Shown piece by piece: positions 41,187 to 50,778 of a stretch of DNA of 64,000 nucleotides (the stretch's first letter is position 1; every line of letters begins with the position of its first letter). The position numbers were made by a program, and so were the translations under genes. Source of the stretch: Candidatus Latescibacterota bacterium (GTDB lineage: Bacteria > Latescibacterota > UBA2968 > GCA-2709665); NCBI GenBank assembly GCA_965226795.1, contig CBDDDZ010000005.1, positions 2,688,001 to 2,752,000 of the forward strand. Reading direction: 5' to 3'. The notes beneath the pieces are model-generated. The model saw only the letters and a list, made by a program, of their open reading frames with translations. It was not told the DNA's origin and ran no database searches.

Positions 41187-41512
41187 GCCGCAGGGAGAAC
41201 CCCAATTGCGGCGCCATCAACAGGCAACGGACTGCCGTGTAAACCGGCCGCTCCTTCAATGGTGCGCATCACAGCCGACAACCCGGCGCCTCCGTTCCGG
41301 CGGAGAGCGCCTGGTGGAAACCGAAAGAACACGACAACGCATCGCCGGGCGCCGAAATCCAAAACGCCTCCGCTCGAGACAGATTGCGCGGCATGGCATA
41401 TCCCAATCGGTGGGCGTTCGCATGAATTGGACCGAAAAAAACGACGCTTGCGGTACAATTCCCACGCGATACGGAATCCGAAGGGTATGTTGACAAATTG
41501 AGGAGCTTGGAT

Positions 41513-44500
41513 ATGTCCCGGTGGCCCCTTCTATTTGGAATCACTTTGTTCACGTGTGGTATAGCTGGCGGCCAGGAGTATTTTGGCAAGAACAAGGTGA
41601 CGTATGACGATTACGACTGGCACTATCTGGAGACGGAGCATTTCAAGATTTATTTTGACCGGGCGTCGCAGCCTGCGGCGGAGTTTGCGGCGAAGGAGGC
41701 GGAGCGTTCGCTGGTACGTCTGGAGAAGGATCTGAAGTATACGCTGAAGGATCGATATCCGATTGTGATCTACAACTCGCACAACGGTTTTTCGGTGACG
41801 AACATCACGCCGACGGAGCAGTCGGAGTTCACGGGTGGATTTACGGAGTTTGCACAGGGTCGTGTGGTAATCCCGTATACGGGGTCTTATGGCGATTTCC
41901 GTCACGTGATCCACCACGAGTTGGCGCACGTGGTGACATTGGAGATGTGGACGGGCGGCGGGTGGCTGGGTGCGATGATGACGCAGGCGGCGACGTTGCC
42001 GCCGTTGTGGATTGCGGAGGGCGTGGCGGAGTATTTGTCGCAGGGGGGGTGGGACGGTGAGGGTGACAACTTCATGCGTCACGCAACGATCACGGGGTAT
42101 GTGCCGGGGATGATGGCGTTGAGCGGTGCGTTTGCGTATAAGGGTGGTCAGTCGGTTTTCGTGATGATCGAGGAGGAGTATGGGAAGGACAAGGTGGCGG
42201 AGTTTATCTCGTCGTTCCGGTCGGCGCGTTCTGTGGACAAGGCTCTGAAGGCGTCGGTGGGGGAGGGTGTGGAAGAGCTGGACGAGAAGTGGCAGTTGTG
42301 GTTGAAGCGTCAGTATTGGAACGAGATCAACCTGCATCACCCGTCGGAGGAGGTGGCGAAGCAGTTGACGGAAGCGTCTGCGGGGCGAGGTTTTTACAAT
42401 GTCGCGCCGTCGTTTTCGCCGCAGGGCGACAAGATCGCGTATGTGACGGAGCGTCAGGGTACGTTCGACATTTATCTGATGTCGGCGATCGACGGACAGG
42501 ATCTGGGACGGTTGGTGGAGGGTGAGCGATCGTCGGACTTCGAGGGGCTGTTCGTGCTGCGTCCCGGCATCACGTGGTCGCCCGACGGCAGGCAGGTCGC
42601 GTTTGCGGCGAAGTCGCGCAACAAGAACACGCTGTATACGCTGGACGTGAGGAAGAAGCGAGTGACGAAGCGCTTCAAGTTCGATCTGGACGGTTTGTTC
42701 GAGCCCACGTGGTCGCCTGACGGGAAGGAGATCGCAATCGTGGGGTTGAAGGACGGGTGGTCGGACGTGTATGTGGTGAACGTGGCGGACGAGTCGCTGC
42801 GTCGCATGACGCGTGATCCGTATGACGAGAAGCACCTGGACTGGTCGCCTGACGGGGAGTGGCTCGCGATCAGTTCGGACCGTCCGTCGGCGGATCTGAC
42901 GTATGACGGGTCGAAGGATTTCGTTTACGGCACGTATGACGTGTTCGTACTCCGGGGCGATGGCAGCGAGATCCGTCGCGTGGCGGAAAGCGAGGCGAAC
43001 GACAGCCATCCCACGTGGGGGCCGGACTCGCAGAAGCTGGCGTTCGTATCGGACAGGACGGGCGTGGGCAACGTCTACATCGCGCACGTGGACGGCTCAC
43101 AGGTGTATCCCATCAGCAATCTGTTGTCGGGGGCGCGGTATATCGACTGGTCTGCCGACGGCAGGAAGCTGGCGTTTACGACGTTTCACAAGGGCGGTTA
43201 TGACATCTTCGTGATGAAGGACCCGCTGAAGCAGAAGCGGGGGACCGAAGATCTGCCGCTGACGCGTTATGCGAAGCGTCTGGCGGGGATCGAAGACCGT
43301 CCGTTCGTGGAACTGCAGCGTGAGCGCAGGCAGGAAGAGGTGAAGGCCAGCGCGGCGGCCGACAGCGCTGGCGGCGGTGCGGAACAGGACACGGCGGCGG
43401 TGGCGGCGGACAGGAAGGTGGAGACGTGGGTGTCGGATCAGATGGCGCTGGCGGCAGCCGAAGCCAGTGGCGCCACCGACGACGAAGGCGCCGCCGGGGC
43501 CGACACGCTGGAGACGGACGGCGACAGGGAACTGACGCTGCGCGACTGGAACAAAGAGTTCATGGTAAACAAATACAGCGTAAAACTCAAACCGGAATTC
43601 TTCGGTGCCAACGCCGGCTTCGACACCTTCTACGGCGTCAGCAGCCTGGTCCAGTTGTCGCTGACCGACGTGATGGGCGACCACCGCGTCATCATACAGT
43701 CAGGGCTGAGCTTCTCCCTGAAAGACAGCGACCTCTTCCTCGGATACCAGAACCTCAAACACCAGACCAACTACTACCTCAGCGCCATCCATACGCGTCT
43801 GTTCTTCTTCGACAGCGGTCAGTTGAATGCCGATCGTTATTTCGGCGCCGAAGCAAGCCTGATCCGGCCTTTCAGCCGCTTCAGCAGGATGGAACTGGGC
43901 ACACGGGGCATCAGAATTTCCCGCGAACGACTGGAACGAGAGCCATACGATAATCGGTGGGTGCGGCGTGGCTTCACCGGCAGCAGCCTGCGCGGGCTTT
44001 CAGGCACTGAAGTCGATTCCCGAGGAGCTGCCGTTTCCTACCTGTCGTTGGTGGGCGACAACTCACTGATGAGCCGTTTCGGAGCCGTGGACGGACGCCG
44101 GATGCGCCTTGGCGTTGAAGGAAGTTGGGCAGGAATGCGTTTTGCGGCGGTCAATGTGGATCTGCGCCAGTATCTGCTCGCGCTGGGCGAGTATACGTTT
44201 GCCTTTCGACTCTCCGGCGGCTCCAGTTTTGGCCCCAACAAGAGAGTCTATTTCGTAGGCGGCGTCAACAATCCCGTGAATCCTAATTTCTCAACGTTTG
44301 CGAACGTGGACCAGGATCGGATATTCTTTTCCAGTTTTGTCTGGCCGTTGCGGGGCGTGGAATTGTTCGAACTGGCCGGCGATTCGTACGTACTGGCCAA
44401 TGCGGCGTTCCGTTTCCCCCTCATCCGGGAACTGGCGATGGGCTGGCCGCTACCGCTCTTCTTCCAGAACGTTCAGGGTGAATTGTTCCTGGACATCGGC

Positions 44501-44761
44501 GGCGCCTTTGAGCGGGCCAAGTGGAGAGACGGCTGGATCACCCGCGACGGCGGCTTTGAGCTCAATGTGCCGCAGCACTTCCGCGACGGGCAATCCAGAC
44601 ACGGATTCGATAAACCGCAAATGGCCGCGGGGTACGGATTCGGGGTGCGTGTGAATCTGGGCTACTTCCTGTTCCGATACGATCTGGCATGGCCCACGGA
44701 TTTTGCGCAGACCTACCATCCCCACCAGTATTTCTCAATTGATATGACCGGGCATTTCTAG
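41513..44761 (+). CDS. Zincin peptidase (MA) + PD40/TolB propeller + Omp85 (BamA-like) barrel protein
   Basis: Signal peptide; HHELAH...WIAEGVAEY; repeated WSPDG; acidic Ala-rich linker; PLRG lid motif and GYGFGVRVNLG..RYDLAWP..F end. Confidence 0.88.
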   Translation: MSRWPLLFGITLFTCGIAGGQEYFGKNKVTYDDYDWHYLETEHFKIYFDRASQPAAEFAAKEAERSLVRLEKDLKYTLKDRYPIVIYNSHNGFSVTNITPTEQSEFTGGFTEFAQGRVVIPYTGSYGDFRHVIHHELAHVVTLEMWTGGGWLGAMMTQAATLPPLWIAEGVAEYLSQGGWDGEGDNFMRHATITGYVPGMMALSGAFAYKGGQSVFVMIEEEYGKDKVAEFISSFRSARSVDKALKASVGEGVEELDEKWQLWLKRQYWNEINLHHPSEEVAKQLTEASAGRGFYNVAPSFSPQGDKIAYVTERQGTFDIYLMSAIDGQDLGRLVEGERSSDFEGLFVLRPGITWSPDGRQVAFAAKSRNKNTLYTLDVRKKRVTKRFKFDLDGLFEPTWSPDGKEIAIVGLKDGWSDVYVVNVADESLRRMTRDPYDEKHLDWSPDGEWLAISSDRPSADLTYDGSKDFVYGTYDVFVLRGDGSEIRRVAESEANDSHPTWGPDSQKLAFVSDRTGVGNVYIAHVDGSQVYPISNLLSGARYIDWSADGRKLAFTTFHKGGYDIFVMKDPLKQKRGTEDLPLTRYAKRLAGIEDRPFVELQRERRQEEVKASAAADSAGGGAEQDTAAVAADRKVETWVSDQMALAAAEASGATDDEGAAGADTLETDGDRELTLRDWNKEFMVNKYSVKLKPEFFGANAGFDTFYGVSSLVQLSLTDVMGDHRVIIQSGLSFSLKDSDLFLGYQNLKHQTNYYLSAIHTRLFFFDSGQLNADRYFGAEASLIRPFSRFSRMELGTRGIRISRERLEREPYDNRWVRRGFTGSSLRGLSGTEVDSRGAAVSYLSLVGDNSLMSRFGAVDGRRMRLGVEGSWAGMRFAAVNVDLRQYLLALGEYTFAFRLSGGSSFGPNKRVYFVGGVNNPVNPNFSTFANVDQDRIFFSSFVWPLRGVELFELAGDSYVLANAAFRFPLIRELAMGWPLPLFFQNVQGELFLDIGGAFERAKWRDGWITRDGGFELNVPQHFRDGQSRHGFDKPQMAAGYGFGVRVNLGYFLFRYDLAWPTDFAQTYHPHQYFSIDMTGHF

Positions 44762-44994
44762 TCCCGGAAATATATCACCATGTATCGGCCGGTTTATCCC
44801 GTCTCGCTGCGTTGCCAAGCCAGTTCTTGGCGACTCGTCGGTCAAATTTCGACAATCTATTTTCGGGACAGGACACAAGGATCCCCATACCATCCTGCGG
44901 GATCGGACCCCTTACCATGCCAGCTGAAACCGGTGCGGAACCGGTCGGGATCCGTTAGCCGCAGCTGAATTCAGAGTTTCGGGAGTGTACGCAA

Positions 44995-45303
44995 ATGGCG
45001 GCCAAAGACCACTATCGAGAGGGATTGAAACAGATTTCCGCCGGCAACCTAGACGGGGCTTTCGAGATGTTTCAGAGGGCGCTGGAAGAGGATCCGGAGT
45101 TTTACTTGGGGCACCTGGGTCTGTCGCAGGTGCTGGACAGACAGGGCAAAGTCGATGAAGCGATTCTGCACGCACGGGAAGCGATTCGAATCGCGCCAGA
45201 AGAGCCGCTTGCTCATACGAGTCTTTCGAGGCTGTACCAGCAGAAGGGCCTTATCGACGAGGCGGAGGCGGCGATGGAAATGTCCCGGCGTCTGCAGTCC
45301 TGA
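44995..45303 (+). CDS. Small TPR protein
   Basis: Three TPR-like repeats; GGAG RBS. Confidence 0.85.
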   Translation: MAAKDHYREGLKQISAGNLDGAFEMFQRALEEDPEFYLGHLGLSQVLDRQGKVDEAILHAREAIRIAPEEPLAHTSLSRLYQQKGLIDEAEAAMEMSRRLQS

Positions 45304-45358
45304 TCCTGACGGGAAATGGCTGGCTCCGGCAGGGTGCGAACATATCGTTCACACCCTC

Positions 45359-46393
45359 TTAATTTTTTTTCGGGAAACCGCTGGATTCCACGGTGCTCAA
45401 CCGGCGGGCAAGCAGGAGGCGGATCAACCCTGGGCCGCCCGCAATCAGGTAGGTGGTGAAAGCGAGACCATGCATCACGGTCGCGTAGGCAAGAGCATCC
45501 GTAAGCGGCACGTCGTATACCGCGTTGAGAGTCTGGCTGCAGAAATAATGGTAGGTGCCGGTTCCTCCCGGGGTGGGGATAATCACGCCGATGGTCGATA
45601 TAACCAGGACCACGACTGCGTCGAAAAAACCGAGGTCGTACCGGGAAGGAAAACCGAACGCGAAGAATGTGGCATACGACATCAGAATATAAGTCAGGTT
45701 GAGAAGGGTGCTGGACACAAGGATGCCGACATAGCCCGACGTCGCGTGAACGCCGCCAAGACCCTGAATCAGAGACCGCAGAATTCCAATCAGCCGGTCC
45801 GCCATCGATTGGGACATCCATCGGACAGGTAGACGCATGATATTCAATGCGCGATCACCGTAGACCGACAGAAGCGCGAAAAGAACGAGAGTGCCCACGG
45901 TGGCCGCCAGTGCGAGGAGCGCGACACCCTCCATCCATGGGAACGCGGTGACGATTTTGTCTCTGGAAAAATAGAGGACGCCCCCTAGGAAGGCGAGGAG
46001 GGCCAGCATGTCGATCGCCCGTTCTACCAGAACGGTGGCGAGAATACCGCTCAACGGCAGGCGCTCGTCCTTTTGAAGCGCGACCCCGCGTGCGATCTCC
46101 CCGGCGCGGGAAATGACGTTGGTGGCCGCATAACCTACAAGGATGGCATGGCTGGCTCTCTGGAAGGAAATCCGATGACTGATGGGTTTCAAAAGGATCT
46201 GCCAACGCCAGGCGCGAGGAAGAATCGACAGAAAAAGCAGAAAAACACTTAAGACAAGCCAGGAAAGCCTGGCTTGTCTTAAGGCAGCCCATAGTTGGGC
46301 TGCCGCGACGCCCTCAAATGCCAACCAAAGAAATCCTGCGGCAAGCACGCCGCCGATGACAAATTTGAGCAGTGTCTTTATGGTTTGAGGCAC
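45359..46393 (-). CDS. Lysylphosphatidylglycerol synthase TM domain / UPF0104 flippase-like protein
   Basis: RAWRWQILL, RAGEIAR, VERAIDM, PTPGGTGTYH. Confidence 0.9.
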   Translation of the reverse strand: MPQTIKTLLKFVIGGVLAAGFLWLAFEGVAAAQLWAALRQARLSWLVLSVFLLFLSILPRAWRWQILLKPISHRISFQRASHAILVGYAATNVISRAGEIARGVALQKDERLPLSGILATVLVERAIDMLALLAFLGGVLYFSRDKIVTAFPWMEGVALLALAATVGTLVLFALLSVYGDRALNIMRLPVRWMSQSMADRLIGILRSLIQGLGGVHATSGYVGILVSSTLLNLTYILMSYATFFAFGFPSRYDLGFFDAVVVLVISTIGVIIPTPGGTGTYHYFCSQTLNAVYDVPLTDALAYATVMHGLAFTTYLIAGGPGLIRLLLARRLSTVESSGFPKKN

Positions 46394-46417
46394 AAGGGCT
46401 CTCTTTGGAATCCACGT

Positions 46418-47308
46418 TCAGTAGCCGAATCCGCGCAGGGCCTGTTCTTTTTTCCGCCAATTCTGGTGAACTTTCACACGCAGGTCCAGATAGACCGGGG
46501 CGTTCAGGAAGGCCTCTATCTTACCCCGTGCAATTTTTCCGATGGATTTGAGGGTCTTGCCGTTTCCGCCGATGACGATACCCTTCTGGGACTTTCGCTC
46601 GACGACAATACTGGCCCGGATATAGGTCTTGGGTCTGCCTTCTCGAAACGCCTCCAATTTGACCGCCGTGGCGTAAGGCAATTCCTGCCGGAGTTGCAGG
46701 AAAATCTCTTCCCGGATGAGTTCGCCCACAAAAAACCGCTCCGGGTGTTCGGTGAGCATGTCTTCCGGGTAGTATACGGGGCCAAGAGGCAGCGCCTGCT
46801 CAAGAGTGGCATGTAGCTGTTCGACATTGTCACCGGTATGGGCGGAAACCGGGAGAACGTCCTGGACTGCGGCTTCTTTCCTGACGGTCTCGACGCACCG
46901 CTGAGCCTGGGCAGTGGTAACCAGGTCGGATTTATTAACCGCGACGATGCGCGGGCTCTTGACCCTGCGCAGCATTTCACGCATTTCCTGGTCGAAGGTG
47001 GCTTTGAAGTCCGAGGCGTCGATCACACCGAGAAATACATCCGCGTCGCTGACGGAACGCCTTATCTGATCGCACATACGCTCGTGCAGACCGCAGCCGG
47101 GCTGAAGCAATCCCGGGGTATCAAGAAAAATCATCTGAGATGCCCGGGACGTAAGGATACCCAATATCCGATGCCGCGTGGTCTGAGGTTTGGCAGTCAC
47201 AATAGACAGGCGTTCGCCGACGAGAAGGTTAAAAAGCGTGGATTTGCCCACGTTGGCTCTTCCGGCGATGACGATGAATCCGGATCTGAAATTGGTCGCG
47301 CTTCGCAT
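46418..47308 (-). CDS. era: GTPase Era
   Basis: GRANVGKS, PQTTR, DTPG, NKSD, KH domain SQKGIVIG. Confidence 0.98.
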   Translation of the reverse strand: MRSATNFRSGFIVIAGRANVGKSTLFNLLVGERLSIVTAKPQTTRHRILGILTSRASQMIFLDTPGLLQPGCGLHERMCDQIRRSVSDADVFLGVIDASDFKATFDQEMREMLRRVKSPRIVAVNKSDLVTTAQAQRCVETVRKEAAVQDVLPVSAHTGDNVEQLHATLEQALPLGPVYYPEDMLTEHPERFFVGELIREEIFLQLRQELPYATAVKLEAFREGRPKTYIRASIVVERKSQKGIVIGGNGKTLKSIGKIARGKIEAFLNAPVYLDLRVKVHQNWRKKEQALRGFGY

Positions 47309-47323
47309 GGATTTTTTCAGGAT

Positions 47324-48271
47324 TCAGAAATACAGGGAACCCGAGATACGGTAGGTGTTGTCCAATTCACCGTGTTCCAGAAAGGCGAGGTCGAAAGCAA
47401 CGCGTCCTCGGAGTCGGATGCCCGCGCCTGCGGTGAAATGACTTCCCCTTGCACCCAGACGAAATGCCAGCTTCTTCCGGTAGAGGTATTCTACGCCAAC
47501 CCGAACACCCTGTAGATTTTCCGCGGCGGATTTTTCCTCACCGGCACTGACACTCCCGCTACACGTGATTAGTCCGTCAACCGCCGCGACCGGCCGTGCC
47601 AGAGCAAGACCAATGACAACGATCGGTGGGACGCGGTCCGACGAACCCGAGTCGAAGGTGATCTTCATGGGTATGAGATTGCGAATCATCAGACCCACCG
47701 TCAGGTCCGGCCGGGGCATATAGAGCATGCCAAAATCAATTCCAAAACCCGATCCCGTACCAACACCGAGCCTGCGGGACACGAGCTTCACCCCGGTTCC
47801 AGCGAACAGATTCGGCCTCAGGCCGCGACCAAAGGCAAGGTGGAGGTGGTATTCGGTTGTACCTGCGACACGGGATACGACGGGACGATTTTCCGGACCC
47901 GGCGAAAGCGCTGGGTTTTCAAGGGCAGTGATCTTGACACCGCCTACACCCAGGCGCGTGAGACCGACGCCAAAGCCACCCAACGGAGACGGGCCGCACA
48001 AGGTAAAGAAGTCATGGTTGACCGTGCCGCCGAACTGCTCGGCATGTTGAATCTGCAATTCCTTTTGCCGCAGCCGCTGAAGGCCCGCCGGGTTCCAGTA
48101 GATGGCGGTGGCATCGTCGCTGACGGCCACAAAAGCGCTCCCCATCCCAAGGGATCTTGCGCCTGCACCGAGCAGTAGAGGGTCTTCCGCATAACGGGAT
48201 TCGGATTGCGCCGGAACCGGTACGGGACGCGACAGGACCAGCGTCAGAATCGTGAGGAGAAACTGCTTCAC
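47324..48271 (-). CDS. PorV/PorQ family outer membrane protein (paralog 2)
   Basis: LGAGARSLGMGSAFVAVSDDATAIYWNPAGL; terminal YRISGSLYF. Confidence 0.9.
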   Translation of the reverse strand: MKQFLLTILTLVLSRPVPVPAQSESRYAEDPLLLGAGARSLGMGSAFVAVSDDATAIYWNPAGLQRLRQKELQIQHAEQFGGTVNHDFFTLCGPSPLGGFGVGLTRLGVGGVKITALENPALSPGPENRPVVSRVAGTTEYHLHLAFGRGLRPNLFAGTGVKLVSRRLGVGTGSGFGIDFGMLYMPRPDLTVGLMIRNLIPMKITFDSGSSDRVPPIVVIGLALARPVAAVDGLITCSGSVSAGEEKSAAENLQGVRVGVEYLYRKKLAFRLGARGSHFTAGAGIRLRGRVAFDLAFLEHGELDNTYRISGSLYF

Positions 48272-48849
48272 GGGAAAGGCTCTTCGGGTATAAGTTCGGC
48301 GGTTGGAATGAGTATAGCGGTGCTTCCCGGGTACAGCGCGGAATCCAGCGCTTTTATATCGGACGAGTCGAGGACGATGCCACCGGTCCTGGCGGGTACG
48401 GAAAATCCGCGCGGCTGGATGAGAAGGGCAGGAGAAAAATACAGCCTGGAACGACCACGGGGACCCTCAATTAGCCGACCGCTGAAGTCTAGCGGTAAAC
48501 GGCGGTCTCGAAGCCTGACTCCTGTATTGCCGGGTTCGGCGCTGACCGGGTCGAGCCGGGCGATCATCTGGAGTTGCGAAGACGACCGGCTCAACGCTCT
48601 CGTAAGTCGGTATTTCCGAACTGCGCAGGATCTTAAAATGTGCGCACCGGTTTTGAGAAAAACCTTGCGGGACGGCAGATCGATTACGAGGTAGTAGGCG
48701 TCGGGGTTCTTTCCTGCAAAGCAAATTTCAAGTTCCAGGGCCTGTTTTCTGTTAAGGAGCGCTTGTTCGAGCGAGTCTGTCACGCTCCGGGCGCATGCCG
48801 CGTGAAACGGCATGGACAGGAAGACGGAGATGGCAACAGGGAGGATCAA
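48268..48849 (-). CDS. Secreted degenerate L,D-transpeptidase-like protein
   Basis: TTG start overlaps the upstream TGA; signal peptide; YLVIDLPSRKVFLK and GGIVLDSSDIKALDSALYPGS align with YkuD ends but lack His/Cys. Confidence 0.65.
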   Translation of the reverse strand: MILPVAISVFLSMPFHAACARSVTDSLEQALLNRKQALELEICFAGKNPDAYYLVIDLPSRKVFLKTGAHILRSCAVRKYRLTRALSRSSSQLQMIARLDPVSAEPGNTGVRLRDRRLPLDFSGRLIEGPRGRSRLYFSPALLIQPRGFSVPARTGGIVLDSSDIKALDSALYPGSTAILIPTAELIPEEPFP

Positions 48850-49472
48850 TAGATGTAGACCCGGCTTCCTGTTTGCGCCCGGGCGAAAGTGGCCTTGAGG
48901 TCGGCGTCGTTCAGACGAATGCAACCGTGCGTAATGTTTCGCCCGATGAGATTCGGGTAGAGGTTGCCGTGGATTGCGTAACCGTCGCCCAACTCCAGGG
49001 CATATGCGCCCAGCGTGACCGGATCCAGTCGCGCGAAGTCCCACGGAAGTACCGGCGCCTCCCGACCTGCCTCGACAAAGGCCCATTCCGGCTTCTTCCA
49101 TATCGGATTCACCACTTTTCGCCGGATTTCGAATCGCCCTTTGGGTGTGTTGAACCGCCATAGCTTCCGCTTGTCGCTCAAGAGAATCTTACCGCTTCCG
49201 GTTGCGCAGACCGCTTCCTCCAACAGACGGTTTCGGTGCCAGACCTGCAGGCGGTTATGGACCGTGTCGATTACAATATGCGGCCTTTCATCCACCAAAC
49301 CGTTAAGGGCAGCCTCCAAACTTTGTATATCCACAGCGAGACGTATTGCCGTGGAGGATGGAGCGGAGGCGTCTGCCGGCTCGGAACTCTGGCTCTTGAC
49401 CTCCGGCGGGCGAGTCCGGCACGCGGCGACGACCACCAAAGGCAGAAGCAGAATAAAGGTAAACCGGCGCAT
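48846..49472 (-). CDS. L,D-transpeptidase (YkuD family) lipoprotein
   Basis: VAAC lipobox; TPKGRF, YAIHG...THGCIRL catalytic motif. Confidence 0.95.
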   Translation of the reverse strand: MRRFTFILLLPLVVVAACRTRPPEVKSQSSEPADASAPSSTAIRLAVDIQSLEAALNGLVDERPHIVIDTVHNRLQVWHRNRLLEEAVCATGSGKILLSDKRKLWRFNTPKGRFEIRRKVVNPIWKKPEWAFVEAGREAPVLPWDFARLDPVTLGAYALELGDGYAIHGNLYPNLIGRNITHGCIRLNDADLKATFARAQTGSRVYIY

Positions 49473-49486
49473 GCAAACCGTACCTT

Positions 49487-49532
49487 AAACTGGAAAACCG
49501 AGAAGAGAGCAGGCTTCTCGGTTTTCCAGTTT
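49487..49532. repeat. Perfect 19-bp inverted repeat (intercistronic hairpin)
   Basis: AAACTGGAAAACCGAGAAG-8 nt-CTTCTCGGTTTTCCAGTTT. Confidence 0.85.
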
Positions 49533-49567
49533 CAACTAAGAAAAGAAAATAACAAAACAGCGATGAA

Positions 49568-50170
49568 CTAACGCAGATACCAGGCGTTATTTTCCTCTTT
49601 CCAATCTTCGATTTTCTGCATTGCGGTCTTGACGGCGTCCTGTACCCCGCCCAGTTTGCCTTCCGCGGCCTGGGCCTGGGCCACGGCATCCTTGAACATG
49701 CTGTTTTCCAGGCTGCCCTTCGCGCTGTTCAGCGACGCTTCAGCCTCACCAAGGTCGGCATCGAGTTGATCCAGATCTTCATCCGCACCCTTGCCACGGG
49801 GAGCGGCGTTAAGTGCTTCCCGGGCCTCCGCCAGGCTGGAAGTCGTAGAATCGATGATTGCCTGAGCTTCGTCGCGTGTTTTGGCCTTGTTTGTTTCCGC
49901 CTGAGACACAGATTGGTTCGCGCGTTCCTCAGCCTCGATGGCGGCGGCTCTGGCCTCCTTATATTCGCCTTGTTCTACTTTGTCTTTGGCATCTTTAAGG
50001 GTATTCGTGGCCGAACGGAAAATCTCCTCTGCGTAGACGTCGGCCTCCGCGGCCTTGGCCTTGCTGAGGGCGCCTTCAGCGGCTTTGATTTCCTCTTCGG
50101 GAGGTTGTTCGCAAGCCACAAAGGCCGCCGCAAAACAGACAACAAGGCCGATTCTCAGAACAGATCGCAT
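49568..50170 (-). CDS. Alanine-rich coiled-coil lipoprotein (DUF4398-like, two repeats)
   Basis: FVAC lipobox then QPPEEEIKAAEGALSKAKAAEADVYA; all-helical composition. Confidence 0.8.
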   Translation of the reverse strand: MRSVLRIGLVVCFAAAFVACEQPPEEEIKAAEGALSKAKAAEADVYAEEIFRSATNTLKDAKDKVEQGEYKEARAAAIEAEERANQSVSQAETNKAKTRDEAQAIIDSTTSSLAEAREALNAAPRGKGADEDLDQLDADLGEAEASLNSAKGSLENSMFKDAVAQAQAAEGKLGGVQDAVKTAMQKIEDWKEENNAWYLR

Positions 50171-50269
50171 CTCCCCTCCTTGGTTGATAAGACCTCAAAT
50201 GTTGGCGACAAGTCAAACAGAAATAACCAGTTCCGAAACAACAAATAGTTAATGCACTGATACAGCAAC

Positions 50270-50298
50270 AAGATACATCTTAAGTTCAACAAAGTCAA
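50270..50298 (-). promoter_or_regulatory. Putative sigma70 promoter TTGACT-17-TATCTT
   Basis: Read directly, about 100 nt upstream of the lipoprotein ATG. Confidence 0.7.
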
Positions 50299-50778
50299 GC
50301 GATTTCTCTGGAAATTTCGCCACCGCAGGCGGCGAATGGATTCACCATTCAAAGGTCAATGCCATGGAAGTCGCCGTCGGTCCGGCGAGGGCGACGGTCG
50401 ACCTGAATTACGCCTGAATTGCCGACAACAGTATGGTGTGATGCCAGTTGATCGGCGTCGGGTACCAAAACGCGGATCACGTCGAGACGAGCCGCGCCAG
50501 CAAACCGCTTGATGTCGGTTCCTCCACTTCAGTAAACCACCCTTTGCGGTTGCGTACCCCGGGCGCAAGCGGTATATTGCGGGCACTCCGGCATTTATCG
50601 GTATTTGGTGCCAGTGCCGTGGTTCGGGACCGGCGCGAATTCGTTTATCAGATCGAGTTTCCGATGTGGAAGCCCGCCGGTTCGGCAAATCGCTAAATCA
50701 CCGATGGATATTTCATAGGTCCAAAAAAATCATACACATTTAGGTTTCGGACATTGCCAGAGTCTACAGGAGGAATCC

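Noticed and set aside
41531..43087. 518-aa minus-strand ORF rich in R/H/L/V
   Set aside because: Antisense shadow of the G-ending-codon part of the Omp85 gene.
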